Shown piece by piece: positions 27,269 through 37,761 of a stretch of 64,000 nt of DNA. A program made the translations under genes and the position numbers. The notes below the pieces were generated by a model. It saw only the letters and a program-made list of their open reading frames with translations. It was not told the origin of the DNA and made no database searches. This DNA is from an uncultured Actinomycetes bacterium (GTDB lineage: Bacteria; Actinomycetota; Acidimicrobiia; IMCC26256; JACDBD01), in assembly GCA_963768605.1 (NCBI GenBank), contig CAVYIP010000012.1:15688-79687 (forward strand). The letters are read 5' to 3'. Within the stretch, counting starts at the first letter, position 1. Each line of letters begins with the position of its first letter.

Positions 27269-28200
27269 GAATCGCAGTCACCGGCGGATCGGGATTCATC
27301 GGGTCGCACGTCGTCGACCGGTTGATCGACGCCGGCCACACGCTGTTCGTGCTCGACACGCGCCCCCCGCACCGCCCTGACGTCACGTACCGCCAGGTCG
27401 ACCTGTCGGACCTCGGTGACCTCGTCCAAGCAACCCGTGACATCGACGTCGTCTTCCACCTGGCGGCCGTGTCGAACGTGAACGACGCCTACGACCATCC
27501 CGTCGGAACGGTCCGAATCAACGTGACGGGCACGGTGAACGTGTTCGAGGCGAGCCGCCGCAACGGCGTCGGCCGCACGGTGCTGGCGAGCACGGTCTGG
27601 GTCTACGCCGGCGCCCATGGCGACGCGCCGCTCGACGAGGATGCGCCGTTCCATCTCCCCAGCGCGGGCCACATCTACACGTCGTCGAAGATCGCCAGCG
27701 AGCTCATCGCCCACAACTACAACGAGCTGTACGACACACCGTTCACGATCCTCCGGTACGGCATCCCGTTCGGGCCCCGGATGCGCGAGCAGCTGGTCAT
27801 CCCTCGCTTCGTGCAAATGGCGCTGGACGGCGACACCATCACCGTGCACGGCGACGGGTCGCAGTTCCGGAACTACGTGTACGTCGAGGATCTCGCCGAC
27901 GCGCACGTGCTGGCGCTGTCCGACGACGCCGAGAACGACGTCTTCAACCTCGAAGGCGCCGAGCCCATCACCATCCGGCGCGTCACCGAGGCGATCCGCG
28001 ATTGCCTGGACATCCCGATGAAGGTGGAGTTCGGCGAGGCCCGTCCCGGTGACTACGCCGGCAAGGAGGTCTCGGCCGAGAAGGTGAAGCGGGTGCTGGG
28101 CTGGGTGCCCACGACCACCTTCGAGGACGGGATGCGCACGTACCTGGACTGGTACCTCGCCGAAGCCGCGGCCACCCAGGCGCAGGTCAGCGAGGCCTGA
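27265..28200 (+). CDS. NAD-dependent epimerase/dehydratase (extended SDR)
   Basis: The ATG at 27265 overlaps the DegT stop (ATGA). VTGGSGFIGSHV, and catalytic YTSSK (YxxxK). 311 aa, frame intact. Confidence 0.92.
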   Translation: MRIAVTGGSGFIGSHVVDRLIDAGHTLFVLDTRPPHRPDVTYRQVDLSDLGDLVQATRDIDVVFHLAAVSNVNDAYDHPVGTVRINVTGTVNVFEASRRNGVGRTVLASTVWVYAGAHGDAPLDEDAPFHLPSAGHIYTSSKIASELIAHNYNELYDTPFTILRYGIPFGPRMREQLVIPRFVQMALDGDTITVHGDGSQFRNYVYVEDLADAHVLALSDDAENDVFNLEGAEPITIRRVTEAIRDCLDIPMKVEFGEARPGDYAGKEVSAEKVKRVLGWVPTTTFEDGMRTYLDWYLAEAAATQAQVSEA

Positions 28201-29023
28201 CCGCTCCCTCGGGCACGAGCTGCTCGAGCATCCCGCGCATCATCTCCTCGTCGCTGGCTCGCCGCCACGCGTCGATCATGCCGGTGCTCATCGGATCGCA
28301 TCCGTAGCGCATCGGCCCGTCGTCTTCGAGGATGGCGTCGACGATGAGTCGGGCGGCGTCGCCCGCGGGTTGGATCATCGACGCCACCATGCTCTTGGTG
28401 CCGTTCATGTGATCGGCGACGGCTTGATACGGCTCACCGGCGGGACTGACCATCGTCTCCTGCGAGTGGCGGAGCATGTCGGAGTCGACCGGGCCGGGCA
28501 TGATCTCGACGACCCGGATGCCCTGCGGCGCCAGCTCGGCTCGCAGCGTCATGCTGAACGCGCTGACGGCGGCCTTGCTTGCGCGGTAGGCGGCGTAGAA
28601 CGGGACCGGGGCGAGGATCGACGACGACCCCATGTTGCAGATCACGCCCCCGCCCGCCGCGCGCAGGAGCGGGATCGCGCGCCGGGTGACCTCGACCATC
28701 CCGAACACGTTCGTCTCGAACATGTCGCGCCACAGCTCGAGCGGTGTCTCCTCGACCGGCAGGTGCTCGCGCTCTACGCCGGCGTTGTTGACGAGCACGC
28801 GGAGCCCGTCGGGAAGCCGGACCGTGTCGGGTTGCGTGACGTCCAACGCCTGGACGCGCAGCCGGCCGCCCGCCTCTTGTGCCTCGTCGGACATCCCCGC
28901 GCCGGCGGCGGGATCGCGCATCGTCGCCACCACGTCGAAGCCTCGACGCGCCAACTCGAGCGCGATCGCGCGTCCGATGCCTCTGCTCGCGCCGGTCACC
29001 GCGGCAATTCCTGCGGGTTCCAT
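28187..29023 (-). CDS. short-chain dehydrogenase/reductase (SDR)
   Basis: VTGASRGIGRAIA, NNAG, and YRASKAA (YxxxK). 278 aa. Confidence 0.9.
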   Translation of the reverse strand: MEPAGIAAVTGASRGIGRAIALELARRGFDVVATMRDPAAGAGMSDEAQEAGGRLRVQALDVTQPDTVRLPDGLRVLVNNAGVEREHLPVEETPLELWRDMFETNVFGMVEVTRRAIPLLRAAGGGVICNMGSSSILAPVPFYAAYRASKAAVSAFSMTLRAELAPQGIRVVEIMPGPVDSDMLRHSQETMVSPAGEPYQAVADHMNGTKSMVASMIQPAGDAARLIVDAILEDDGPMRYGCDPMSTGMIDAWRRASDEEMMRGMLEQLVPEGAVRPR

Positions 29024-29066
29024 GTTCCCCCCTGTCCCGACGGTGGCGTCAGTCTACGGACGTAGG

Positions 29067-30215
29067 GTGGACGACGTGGCAACGGTCCCGCGCGACGACG
29101 CGTTCGCGGCGATGAGCGACGTGGTGCTCGCGATTGCGGGCGAGCTGCGCCTCGACGCCGTGCTCGACCGGCTCGTCCACGCCGCTCGTGAGCTCGTCGA
29201 CGCCCGCTACGCCGCGCTCGGCATCCCCGACGAGGACGGCACCGAGTTCGACCAGTTCCTGCACGCCGGGATGAGCGACGACCTCGTGGCCGAGCTGGGG
29301 CCGCTCCCCCGCACGCACGGGATGCTCGGCGCGATGCTCGCCGACCCTCGCCCCTTCCGCACCGACGACATCACCCAGGACCCACGGTTCCGTGGGTGGT
29401 GGCCGGACGCGCATCCGCTCATGCGCTCGTTCCTCGGCGTGCCGATCGTCGCCAAGGGCGACATCATCGGCGCCTTCTACCTCACCGAGAAGGAGGGCGC
29501 GGACGTATTCGACGATGCCGACGAGAAGGTCATCACCGTGCTCGCCGCGCACGCCGCGATCGCGATCGAGAACGCGCGCCTGTTCGAGGCGAGCCGGGAG
29601 CTCAGTGTGATCGAGGAGCGCAACCGGCTCGCGCGCGAGCTCCACGACGCGATGACGCAGAACCTCTTCAGCCTGTCGTTGACCGCCGAAGCCGCCGGCG
29701 GCCTCGTTCGCACCGACCCCGCGCGCGCCGAAGCCGAGATCGACCACGTCCGGCAACTCGCCCGCGAGACGCAAGCCGAGCTGCGCTCGCTGGTCTTCGA
29801 GCTCCGGCCGCCGCGCCTCGAAGTGGACGGGCTCGTCGCCACCGTCGGCAAGGACCTCGAGGTGCTCGGGCGCGCCCATGGCCTGAAGGCGGATCTGCGG
29901 GTGCACGGCACGCCCGAGCTCGCTTCGACGGTGGAGATCGAGCTGTACCGCATCGTCCAGGAGGCGCTGAACAACGCCGTCCGCCACGCCCGGGCGGAGT
30001 CCGTCGCGGTCGACGTCGACGCCACCGACGGGATGGTGACGATCACGGTTCGGGATGACGGCGTTGGCTTCGACCCGTCCGCACGTGCGATCCGGGAGCG
30101 TCGTCTCGGTCTCACGTCGATGCGGGAGCGAGCGGAGTCCCTCGGCGGGAAGCTCACGATCGAGACCGCGCCCCGTTCCGGCACGACGGTGCGGGTGGAG
30201 GTCCCGGGTGGCTGA
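29067..30215 (+). CDS. GAF-domain sensor histidine kinase (HisKA_3 / NarL-partner type)
   Basis: GAF-like N-terminal half (FLGVPIVAKGDIIGAFYLTEKEG). H-box ERNRLARELHDAMTQNL. N-box EALNNAVRHA. G-box VRDDGVGFD. The GTG start at 29067 is an estimate. Confidence 0.9.
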   Translation: MDDVATVPRDDAFAAMSDVVLAIAGELRLDAVLDRLVHAARELVDARYAALGIPDEDGTEFDQFLHAGMSDDLVAELGPLPRTHGMLGAMLADPRPFRTDDITQDPRFRGWWPDAHPLMRSFLGVPIVAKGDIIGAFYLTEKEGADVFDDADEKVITVLAAHAAIAIENARLFEASRELSVIEERNRLARELHDAMTQNLFSLSLTAEAAGGLVRTDPARAEAEIDHVRQLARETQAELRSLVFELRPPRLEVDGLVATVGKDLEVLGRAHGLKADLRVHGTPELASTVEIELYRIVQEALNNAVRHARAESVAVDVDATDGMVTITVRDDGVGFDPSARAIRERRLGLTSMRERAESLGGKLTIETAPRSGTTVRVEVPGG

Positions 30216-30873
30216 GCCGGCCGCCATCCGGGTGTTCCTGGCCGACGACCATCCCGTGGTGCGGCAAGGACTCCGCACGTTCCTCGAATCGCGTCCCGGG
30301 ATCGAGGTCGTCGGTGAAGCCGGCGACGGCGAAGCGACCGTGACGGCCGTCGAACGGCTTCGCCCCGATGTCGTGCTCATGGACCTCGTGATGCCGGGCG
30401 GGGGCGGTGTCGCCGCGATCCGTCGTCTGCGCGAGCGCGTCCCCGACACACGCGTGGTCGTGCTCACGAGCTTCGCATCCGACGACCAGGTGATCCCGGC
30501 CGTCCAGGCCGGCGCGGCCGGGTACCTGCTGAAGGACGTCGACCCGTCCGGGCTCGAGGCGGCGGTCCGGCTCGTGCACGAGGGCGAGGCGCTCCTCGAT
30601 CCGCAGATCGCGGGACGGGTGATGGAGGAGGTCGCGCACCCGCCGCCGACCGGCGACGTCGCCTCGCTGACCCCGCGGGAGCGGGAGGTGCTCGTCCTTC
30701 TCGGGCGCGGGATGTCGAACCGCCAGCTCGCCGACACGCTCGTCGTGTCGGAGAAGACGGTGAAGACCCACGTGAGCAACATCCTGATGAAGCTCGGCGT
30801 CCACGATCGCACGCAAGCGGCGTTGCTCGCGGTGCGTGAGGGGCTCGTCGACGCGGGCGAGACGGGGCCGTAG
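30208..30873 (+). CDS. NarL/LuxR-family response regulator
   Basis: The GTG at 30208 overlaps the kinase stop by 8 nt. Receiver domain (FLADDHPVV...VVLMDLVMPG) and LuxR HTH (LTPREREVLVLLGRGMSNRQLADTLVVSEKTVKTHVSNI). Confidence 0.93.
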   Translation: MAEPAAIRVFLADDHPVVRQGLRTFLESRPGIEVVGEAGDGEATVTAVERLRPDVVLMDLVMPGGGGVAAIRRLRERVPDTRVVVLTSFASDDQVIPAVQAGAAGYLLKDVDPSGLEAAVRLVHEGEALLDPQIAGRVMEEVAHPPPTGDVASLTPREREVLVLLGRGMSNRQLADTLVVSEKTVKTHVSNILMKLGVHDRTQAALLAVREGLVDAGETGP

Positions 30874-30876
30874 GCG

Positions 30877-31752
30877 GTGGGCCGCATCCTCGTCGGCACC
30901 GCGTCGTGGACCGACAAGTCGTTGATCAAGTCGGGCTGGTACCCGGGCGACGCGACGAGCGCCGAAGCGCGTCTCAAGTACTACGCGTCGCAGTTCCCGC
31001 TGGTCGAGGTGGACTCGACGTACTACTACCCGCCCCGGCAACCGGTCGTGCAGCAGTGGGCGCAGCGCACGCCTCCCGATTTCACGTTCAACATCAAGGC
31101 CTTCTCGATCCTCACCCAGCACCCGACGAAGGCGACGTCGCTCCCGCAGGAGATGCGGCCCGAGGGCAAGGAGCGCGTCTACCCGAAGGACCTGGACGAG
31201 GACGCGGTCGAGTATCTGTGGTCGAGCTTCTTCGACGCCCTCGCGCCCCTCGACCGGAGCGGGAAGTTGGGGGCGGTGTTGTTCCAGTTCCCGCCCTGGT
31301 TCACGCTCCGGCGGTCGAACAAGGACTACCTCGTCGAGTGCGCCGAGCGCGCCAAGCCGCGGCGCATCTGCGTGGAGTTGCGCCACAAGTCGTGGCTGAG
31401 CGACGAGAACCGCGAAGAGACACTCGAGCTTCTCTCGTCCCACCAGCTGCCGTACGTGTGCGTCGACATGCCGCAGGGGTTCAAGAGCTCGGTGCCGCCG
31501 GTCGTGGCGGCGACGTCGTCGGAGTTGGCGGTCATGCGGTTCCACGGTCACAACGACGCCGAGTGGGAGAGCGGCTCGGTGCAGAAGCGATTCCGCTACC
31601 TGTACTCGGAGCGAGAGCTCGAGGAATGGGTTCCGCGCGTCCAAGAGCTCGCCGGCCGCACCGAGTCGACCCACGTGCTGTTCAACAACTGCTACGAGGA
31701 CTACGCACAGCGCAACGGTGCCGAGCTGGCCCGGCTGCTCGCCGCCGATTGA
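30877..31752 (+). CDS. DUF72-family protein
   Basis: GTASWTDKSL...YYASQFPLVEVDSTYY...LFQFPPWF...FHGHN...LFNNCY, typical of DUF72. Confidence 0.88.
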   Translation: MGRILVGTASWTDKSLIKSGWYPGDATSAEARLKYYASQFPLVEVDSTYYYPPRQPVVQQWAQRTPPDFTFNIKAFSILTQHPTKATSLPQEMRPEGKERVYPKDLDEDAVEYLWSSFFDALAPLDRSGKLGAVLFQFPPWFTLRRSNKDYLVECAERAKPRRICVELRHKSWLSDENREETLELLSSHQLPYVCVDMPQGFKSSVPPVVAATSSELAVMRFHGHNDAEWESGSVQKRFRYLYSERELEEWVPRVQELAGRTESTHVLFNNCYEDYAQRNGAELARLLAAD

Positions 31753-31759
31753 GGCCCGG

Positions 31760-33201
31760 TCAGGGAGCCGCCACCGGCGGGCGGCGGTCGGCCCACGGCC
31801 GGGCCTGCTCGAGCTGCGATGCGAGCCGGATGAGCACGTCCTCGCGTCCGTACGCGGCGACGAGCTGTACGCCGATCGGCAGCCCGTCTGCCGTCCAGTG
31901 CAGCGGCAGCGAGATGGCCGGCTGTCCCGTGATGTTGAAGAGCGACGTGAACATCGCGTAGTTGCCCATGCGCGGCATGGCGGCGATCGGGTCGTCGACG
32001 TCGGGCGCGAGCTCGCCGAGTCGAGCGGGCGGCTCGGGCATGGTCGGCGTCACGAGGATGTCGTTCCCCTCCGCCCACCACGACGCGACCTGCCGCGACC
32101 ATCCCTGCGCGGTCTCCAGAGAAGCCAGGTACTGCGGGCCCGTGACGGACCGCCCCATCTCGGCGGTGACGGCGTTGATCGGGTCGAGATCCGACGGCTC
32201 GAGCGTGCGGCCGATGCGCGCGCTCCAGCGCTCGAGGTCGCGGGTGATCGCCGACGCGTAGATCCCGAGGAATCCGATGTCCGGCGCCTCGACGGCGTCG
32301 ATCCGCGCCGGTCGAGACGTCGTGGCCGAGCTCCTCGAGTAGCCGTGCCGTCGCATCGACGGCGGCGACGCATTCGGGGTGCGACTCGGCTCCGTCGATG
32401 CGCATCGTGCGGATGCCGATCCGGAGCCGGCCGGGATCGACGCCGACGTCGCTTGCGAACGACCGGTCGGGCGCCGGCGCGCTGTACGGATCGCCGGGCC
32501 CGGGGCCGGCGGTCGCGTCCAGCACCGCGGCGGTGTCGCGCACGCTGCGTGTGAGGACGTGCTCGTGCGTCAGCGGGCCCCAGAACTCGCCGAAATCCGG
32601 GCCGAGCGTCGTGCGGGCGCGAGTGGGCTTGAGACCGACGAGGCCGCAGGCGCTGGCCGGGACACGGATCGAACCACCCATGTCGTTGCCGTGCGCGACG
32701 GCGACGACGCCGGCCGCGACCGCGGCGGCGGCGCCTCCGCTCGATCCGCCCGGTGAGTAGTCGAGGTTCCAGGGGTTGTGGGTCGCGCCGTACGCCAGAG
32801 GCTCCGTCGTCACCGAGCTCGCGAGCTCGGGCAGGTTGGTCTTGCCGACGAACACGAAGCCGGCGGCGCGGAAACGCTCGGCCAACCACGTGTCGGTGTC
32901 CTCGTGCCAGTCGATGTCCTTCAGCACCTGCATGCCGCAGTGGAACGGATCACCTGCTGTGTGGCACACGCCGTCCTTCACGAGGAACGGCACGCCGCGG
33001 AACGGGCCGTCCGGCAACGCGGCATCGGCCGCGGTGGCGAGCGCCTTCTCGTCGAGACGATGGATGACCGCATTGAGCTGCGGGTTGAGCTTCTCGATGC
33101 GCGCGATGAGCCCCCTCGACCAGCTCCGCCGGCGTGACGTCGCCGGCCCGGACGGCCTCGGCTTGCGCCGTGGCGTCCATCCATGCGAAGTCGTCGTTCA
33201 T
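31760..33201 (-). CDS. amidase (amidase-signature family); two apparent frameshifts
   Basis: ATG at 33201 follows [38 protein letters not shown] | [16 protein letters not shown]...GVPFLVKD...[14 protein letters not shown]... | ...[13 protein letters not shown].... Breaks lie in the C5 run at 33111-33115 and near 32308-32318. Confidence 0.85.
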
Positions 33202-33266
33202 CGAATCCTCCTTGGCGCGTTGATTGGTTCGCCGCCGGGCGTCCTGCGGATGATCGCGCTCCCCGC

Positions 33267-34013
33267 TCACGCCCGCCGGGCGACGTCGACGACGATGAGC
33301 ACGGCAAGCACGGCGAGCGGCAGGGTGAGCGACCACAGGTCCCAGTGGAGCGCCAGGAACGCGCCGAGCACTCCCCCGGCGAGGTAGCTGGCCCAGACGC
33401 CACCGTGAAGGCGGGCGCGCCGGAACGCGACGGCAACGACGTCGTCGGGAGTCCGCCCGGTCCCGGCCCGGCGCAGGTCGCGCCATGCGTACCAGCCGTT
33501 CACGCTCTCCTCGGCGAGGTGGGTGAGGATGCCGGTCACGAAGGTCGTGTGGACCGGAACCCCGGCGACGCGGCGCAGCGCGGCGTTCTGCCAGCCCATC
33601 GCGAGCACGGCGAGGACGGCGAGGAGGTAGTAGTCCCACGATCCTCCCGCCGCCCCGTGCCCGTCGAGCACGGCCCGACCCACGAGCATGAACGCCAGCA
33701 GGAGCGCGGCCTCGACGCCCAGGACGCGCGCCGCCGGTGCCGGAGCGGACCGGCGCCTCAACGCCTCGACCAACGCGATGCCGCCGGCGACGCCGATGGT
33801 GAACACGATGATCGGCACCAGCCGTTGCGCGGCGAGGCTCCAGTCACCGCCGCCGAGGAAGATGCCCAGCCGGACGGTGTTCCCGCTCATGTGGGCGACG
33901 AACAGGCCGGCGAGCGTGAGGAAGCCGACGGCGTCGACATAGCCGGCCACCACCGCCAGCGGGAACGCGACGCCGTAGGCGGCGCGCGGGATCTCGACGT
34001 CGGGACTGGTCAC
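33267..34013 (-). CDS. DUF1275 (YoaK-like) membrane protein
   Basis: AGYVDAVGFLTLAGLFVAHMSGNTV... with six hydrophobic segments. 248 aa. Confidence 0.78.
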   Translation of the reverse strand: MTSPDVEIPRAAYGVAFPLAVVAGYVDAVGFLTLAGLFVAHMSGNTVRLGIFLGGGDWSLAAQRLVPIIVFTIGVAGGIALVEALRRRSAPAPAARVLGVEAALLLAFMLVGRAVLDGHGAAGGSWDYYLLAVLAVLAMGWQNAALRRVAGVPVHTTFVTGILTHLAEESVNGWYAWRDLRRAGTGRTPDDVVAVAFRRARLHGGVWASYLAGGVLGAFLALHWDLWSLTLPLAVLAVLIVVDVARRA

Positions 34014-34175
34014 GTGGTCCTCCCGGATCGGCGAGCACCGTAGCGGCCACGCCGCGGCCGGATGCCGGTCCTACGCCTTTCGACCGAGGCAGGTCCCTTC
34101 CGCGGCCCGATGTGGCGTTGGCCGCCCGCTCCGTACCTTCGAAGTCGAAGCACGAGACGGATGGGAGCACTGACG

Positions 34176-34892
34176 ATGCCGAAACGAGCACTGATCACGG
34201 GAGCGTCACGGGGGCTCGGCCTGGCGCTCGCTCGCGCCCTCGCCGCCGACGGCTGGGAGCTCATCATCGACGCCCGGGGCGAACGCGAGCTGCACAAGGC
34301 CGCTGCCGATCTCGGCGGGACCGCGGCAATCCACCCTGTCCCCGGCGACGTCGCCGACGAGGCGCATCGTCTCGATCTCTCGGCGGCCGTCGACGCCCTG
34401 GGCGGTGGCCTCGACCTGCTCGTTCACAACGCGAGCCTGCTCGGCCCCAGCCCGCAGCCTCCGGTCTCCGAGTACCCGCTCGGCGAGCTCGAGCGCGTCT
34501 ACGCCGCCAACGTCTTCGGACCGCTCCGCCTGACGCAGCTGCTCCTGCCGTGCATGGGCCCGGGCGCCCGGATCGTCTCGATCACCTCCGACGCCGCCGT
34601 CGAGGCGTACGAGGGCTGGGGCGGCTACGGCTCCTCGAAGGCCGCGCTCGAGCAGTGGACGAGGGTGCTGGCCGCAGAACGGCCCGAGCTGCGCGTGTAC
34701 GTCGTCGATCCCGGCGACATGCGCACGCAGATGCACCAGGACGCGTTCCCGGGCGAGGACATCTCCGACCGTCCGCTCCCCGAGACGAGCGTCCCGGGGC
34801 TGCTGACGGTGATCGAGGGCGATCTCCCGAGCGGCCGCTACGAGGCGCGCACGCTGGCGCCGGCGGACCTGACCACCGGGGTGGCGTCGTGA
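34176..34892 (+). CDS. short-chain dehydrogenase/reductase (SDR)
   Basis: ATG at 34176. ITGASRGLGLALA, HNAS, and YGSSKAA (YxxxK). The stop overlaps the next GTG (GTGA). Confidence 0.88.
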   Translation: MPKRALITGASRGLGLALARALAADGWELIIDARGERELHKAAADLGGTAAIHPVPGDVADEAHRLDLSAAVDALGGGLDLLVHNASLLGPSPQPPVSEYPLGELERVYAANVFGPLRLTQLLLPCMGPGARIVSITSDAAVEAYEGWGGYGSSKAALEQWTRVLAAERPELRVYVVDPGDMRTQMHQDAFPGEDISDRPLPETSVPGLLTVIEGDLPSGRYEARTLAPADLTTGVAS

Positions 34893-35936
34893 GCACGCTG
34901 ACGGCGCCAAGCTTCGAGCTCCCGGACGACCTGATCGCCGAGTCTCCGCCCGAGGAGCGAGGGATCGCGCGCGACGAGGTCCGGATGCTGGTGGCGTCGC
35001 GTGCCACGGGCGAGCTCGTCGACACCACGTTCCGGAACCTGCCCGAGTTCGTGGCACCGGGCGACCTGCTGATCGTCAACACGTCGGCGACGGTGCCGGC
35101 AGCGGTCGGGACCGATGACGGGCGCGTCGTGCACTTCTCGACGGAGTTGCCCGACGGCGACGGCTCGCGGTGGGTCGTCGAGCTGCGCCGGCCCTGCGGC
35201 GCGGGCAGCCTTCCGGACGCGACCGCACAGCCCGGCGATCGCGTCGCGCTCGACGGTGGCGGCACGCTCGACCTCGTCAGCCGGTTTCCGGAGGACGGCC
35301 CGCCGCGACTCTGGGTTGCCGACCCCGCACCTTCCGGTCCCGGTGCTCGACTACCTGGCGCTCCACGGGCATCCGATTCGGTACGGCTGCACCGAGTTGC
35401 GCTGGCCGATCGACGCCTACCAGACCGCGTTCGGGATCGACCCCGGCAGCGCCGAGATGCCGAGCGCGGCACGCGGCTTCACGCCCGAGGTGGTGACGCG
35501 CCTCGTCACCAAGGGCGTCGGAATCGCGCCGATCACGCTGCACACGGGTGTGAGCTCGCAGGAAGCGGGCGAGCCGCCGTACGCCGAGTGGTACCGCGTC
35601 CCGGCTGCGACGGCTGAGCGCGTCAACGCCGCCCACGACGCCGGACACGCCGTCATCGCGATCGGAACCACGCCGACGCGCGCCCTCGAGACCGTCGCCG
35701 GCGCGGACGGGCGCGCCCACGCCGGTGAGGGCTGGACCGACGTCGTCGTCACCCCCGAACGTGGGGTGCGGTTGGTCGACGGGCTGCTGACGGGCTGGCA
35801 CGAGCCGGAGGCGTCCCACCTGCAGCTGCTCGAAGCGGTGGCGGGGCGGGAGCTGCTCGACCGGAGCTACGACGCGGCCCTCGAGCTCGGCTACCGGTGG
35901 CACGAGTTCGGCGACCTGCACCTGGTCGCACCATGA
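34889..35936 (+). CDS. QueA-like S-adenosylmethionine:tRNA ribosyltransferase-isomerase family protein (one apparent frameshift near 35321-35328)
   Basis: FELPDDLIAESPPEERG...PGDLLIVNTSATVPA...PRLWVAD | HLPVPVLDYLALHGHPIRYG...LHTGVSSQE...AIGTTPTRALE...LLTGWHEPEASHL. Confidence 0.83.
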
Positions 35937-36765
35937 TCCTCGTCACCGGTGCGACCGGCACCGTGGGTCGGCAGACGGTCCTCCAGCTGCTCGGCGCCGG
36001 CGCCGGCGTCCGTGCGTTGACGCGTCATCCCGACGCCGCGCGACTGCCCGACGACGTCGACGTCGTCGGCGGCGACCTCTCCGACCCGGACACGCTCGCC
36101 CGGGCGCTCGAGGGCGTCAGAGGCTGTCTTCCTCGTCTGGCCGTTCACGACGACGGAGGGCGCGCCCGCGGTCCTCGATGCGATCGAACGCGAGACGCGC
36201 CGGCTCGTCTACCTGTCGTCGGCCGGGGGGCAGCGGCCCGAGCCCGTGGGCATGTTCCACGCCGACATGGAGCGCCTGATCGAGCAGTCGGGGCTGGAGT
36301 GGACGTTCCTGCGACCGAGCGGGTTCGCGACCAACACGCGGCTGTGGGCCGGCCAGATCCGTGAGAGCGGCGTCGTGCGCTGGCCGTACGGGGCGGCGGC
36401 GCGGTCGCTGATCCACGAGTCGGACATCGCGGCGGTCGCAGCGCGTGCACTGACCGCCGACGGGTACGGCGGAGCGAAGCACGTCCTCACCGGACCCGAG
36501 TTGATCACCCAGGCCGAGCAGGTGCGCACGATCGGCGAGGCCATCGGGCGCCCTGTGCGCTGGGAGGAGGTCCCGCCCGACGCCGTGCGCAGACGGCCTC
36601 GCCGCCGCGTTCGGTAACGAAGCCTTCGTCGACCACGCGCTCGAGACGTGGGCCAGCTTCGTCCAGGAGCCGGAACTGGTCACGTCGACGGTGGAGCGGA
36701 TCACCGGAACACCGGCGCGCACGTTCCGCGAGTGGGCATCCGACCACGCCGACGACTTTCGCTGA
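35933..36765 (+). CDS. NmrA-like NAD(P)H-binding protein; two apparent frameshifts
   Basis: The ATG at 35933 overlaps the upstream TGA. MILVTGATGTVGRQ...ALEGV | EAVFLVWPFTTTEGAPAVLDAIERETRRLVYLSS...VRWEEVPPDAV | DGLAAAFGNEAFVDHALETWASFVQEPELV...DDFR*. Breaks lie near 36117-36123 and 36588-36593. Confidence 0.75.
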
Positions 36766-36785
36766 TCGAACGAGGAGGACAAGAG

Positions 36786-37761
36786 ATGCGCCAGGTTCTC
36801 GCAACGCAGTTCGGCGGCCCCGAAGTGCTGGCGACGAGCACGGCGCCCGACCCGGTCGCGGGACCGGGACAGGTCGTCGTCGATGCCGCGGTGGCCGACA
36901 CCCTGTTCGTCGACACACAGATTCGCCGCGGTTGGGGGCGCGAGCACTTCACGGTGCAACCGCCCTACGTGCCGGGCAACGGCGTGGCCGGAGTCGTGCG
37001 CTCCGTCGGCGACGGCGTGGATCCCGACTGGATCGGGCGGCGCGTGGTCGCCCACACCGGCGAACGCGGCGGTCACGGCGGGTATGTCGAGCGGGCGGTC
37101 GTCGCCGCCGACGCGATCGTCGCGGTCCCCGACGGCCTCGACCTGCGAGACGCGACCGCGGTCCTGCACGACGGCGCCACCGCGCTCGGTCTCGTCGACA
37201 ACGCCCGGATCCGGCCGCGCGAGTGGGCCCTCGTCCTGGCGGCGGGCGGAGGTCTCGGCATCCTGCTCGTCCAGCTCGTGCACGCAGCCGGCGGGCGAGT
37301 CATCGCCGCTGCCCGCGGCCGGCGCAAGCTCGACATCGTCCGGACGCTGGGGGCCGACGTGGTCGTCGACTACTCCGAGCCGGACTGGCCCGAGAGAGTG
37401 CGCGAGGCCACGGGCGGGACGGGACCCGACGTCGTGTTCGACGGCGCCGGCGGGGAGCTCGGCCGCGCCGCGTTCGAGATCACGGCACCCGGCGGCCGCT
37501 TCTCCGCGCACGGCGGACCGAGCGGCGGTTTCACCGAGATCGACCCGTACGAGGCCGAGCGCCGCCGGGTCACGGTGCGTGGGATCGAGCAGGTGCAGTT
37601 CTCGCCGGCGGAGCTGCATCGGATGACGGAGCGGGCGCTGGCCGAGGCGGCGGCGGGCCGGCTCAAGCCCGTGATCGGCCGGACGTTCCCGCTCGAGCAG
37701 GCGGCCGACGCGCACGCCGCCATCGAAGCCCGCGAGGTCATCGGCAAGACTCTGCTCGTGA
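36786..37761 (+). CDS. zinc-type alcohol dehydrogenase / quinone oxidoreductase (MDR family); 3' boundary unresolved
   Basis: ATG at 36786 follows GAGGAGGA. PYVPGNGVAGVV and LVLAAGGGLGILLVQL (Rossmann motif), ending ...EAREVIGKTLLV. No in-frame stop is present, but a TGA lies one base out of frame at 37759-37761. Confidence 0.78.

Noticed and set aside
29049-30977. 642-aa minus-strand ORF, and the 506-aa ORF 30154..31674
   Set aside because: They are antisense to the well-supported histidine kinase, response regulator and DUF72 genes. Composition is Arg/Pro-rich.
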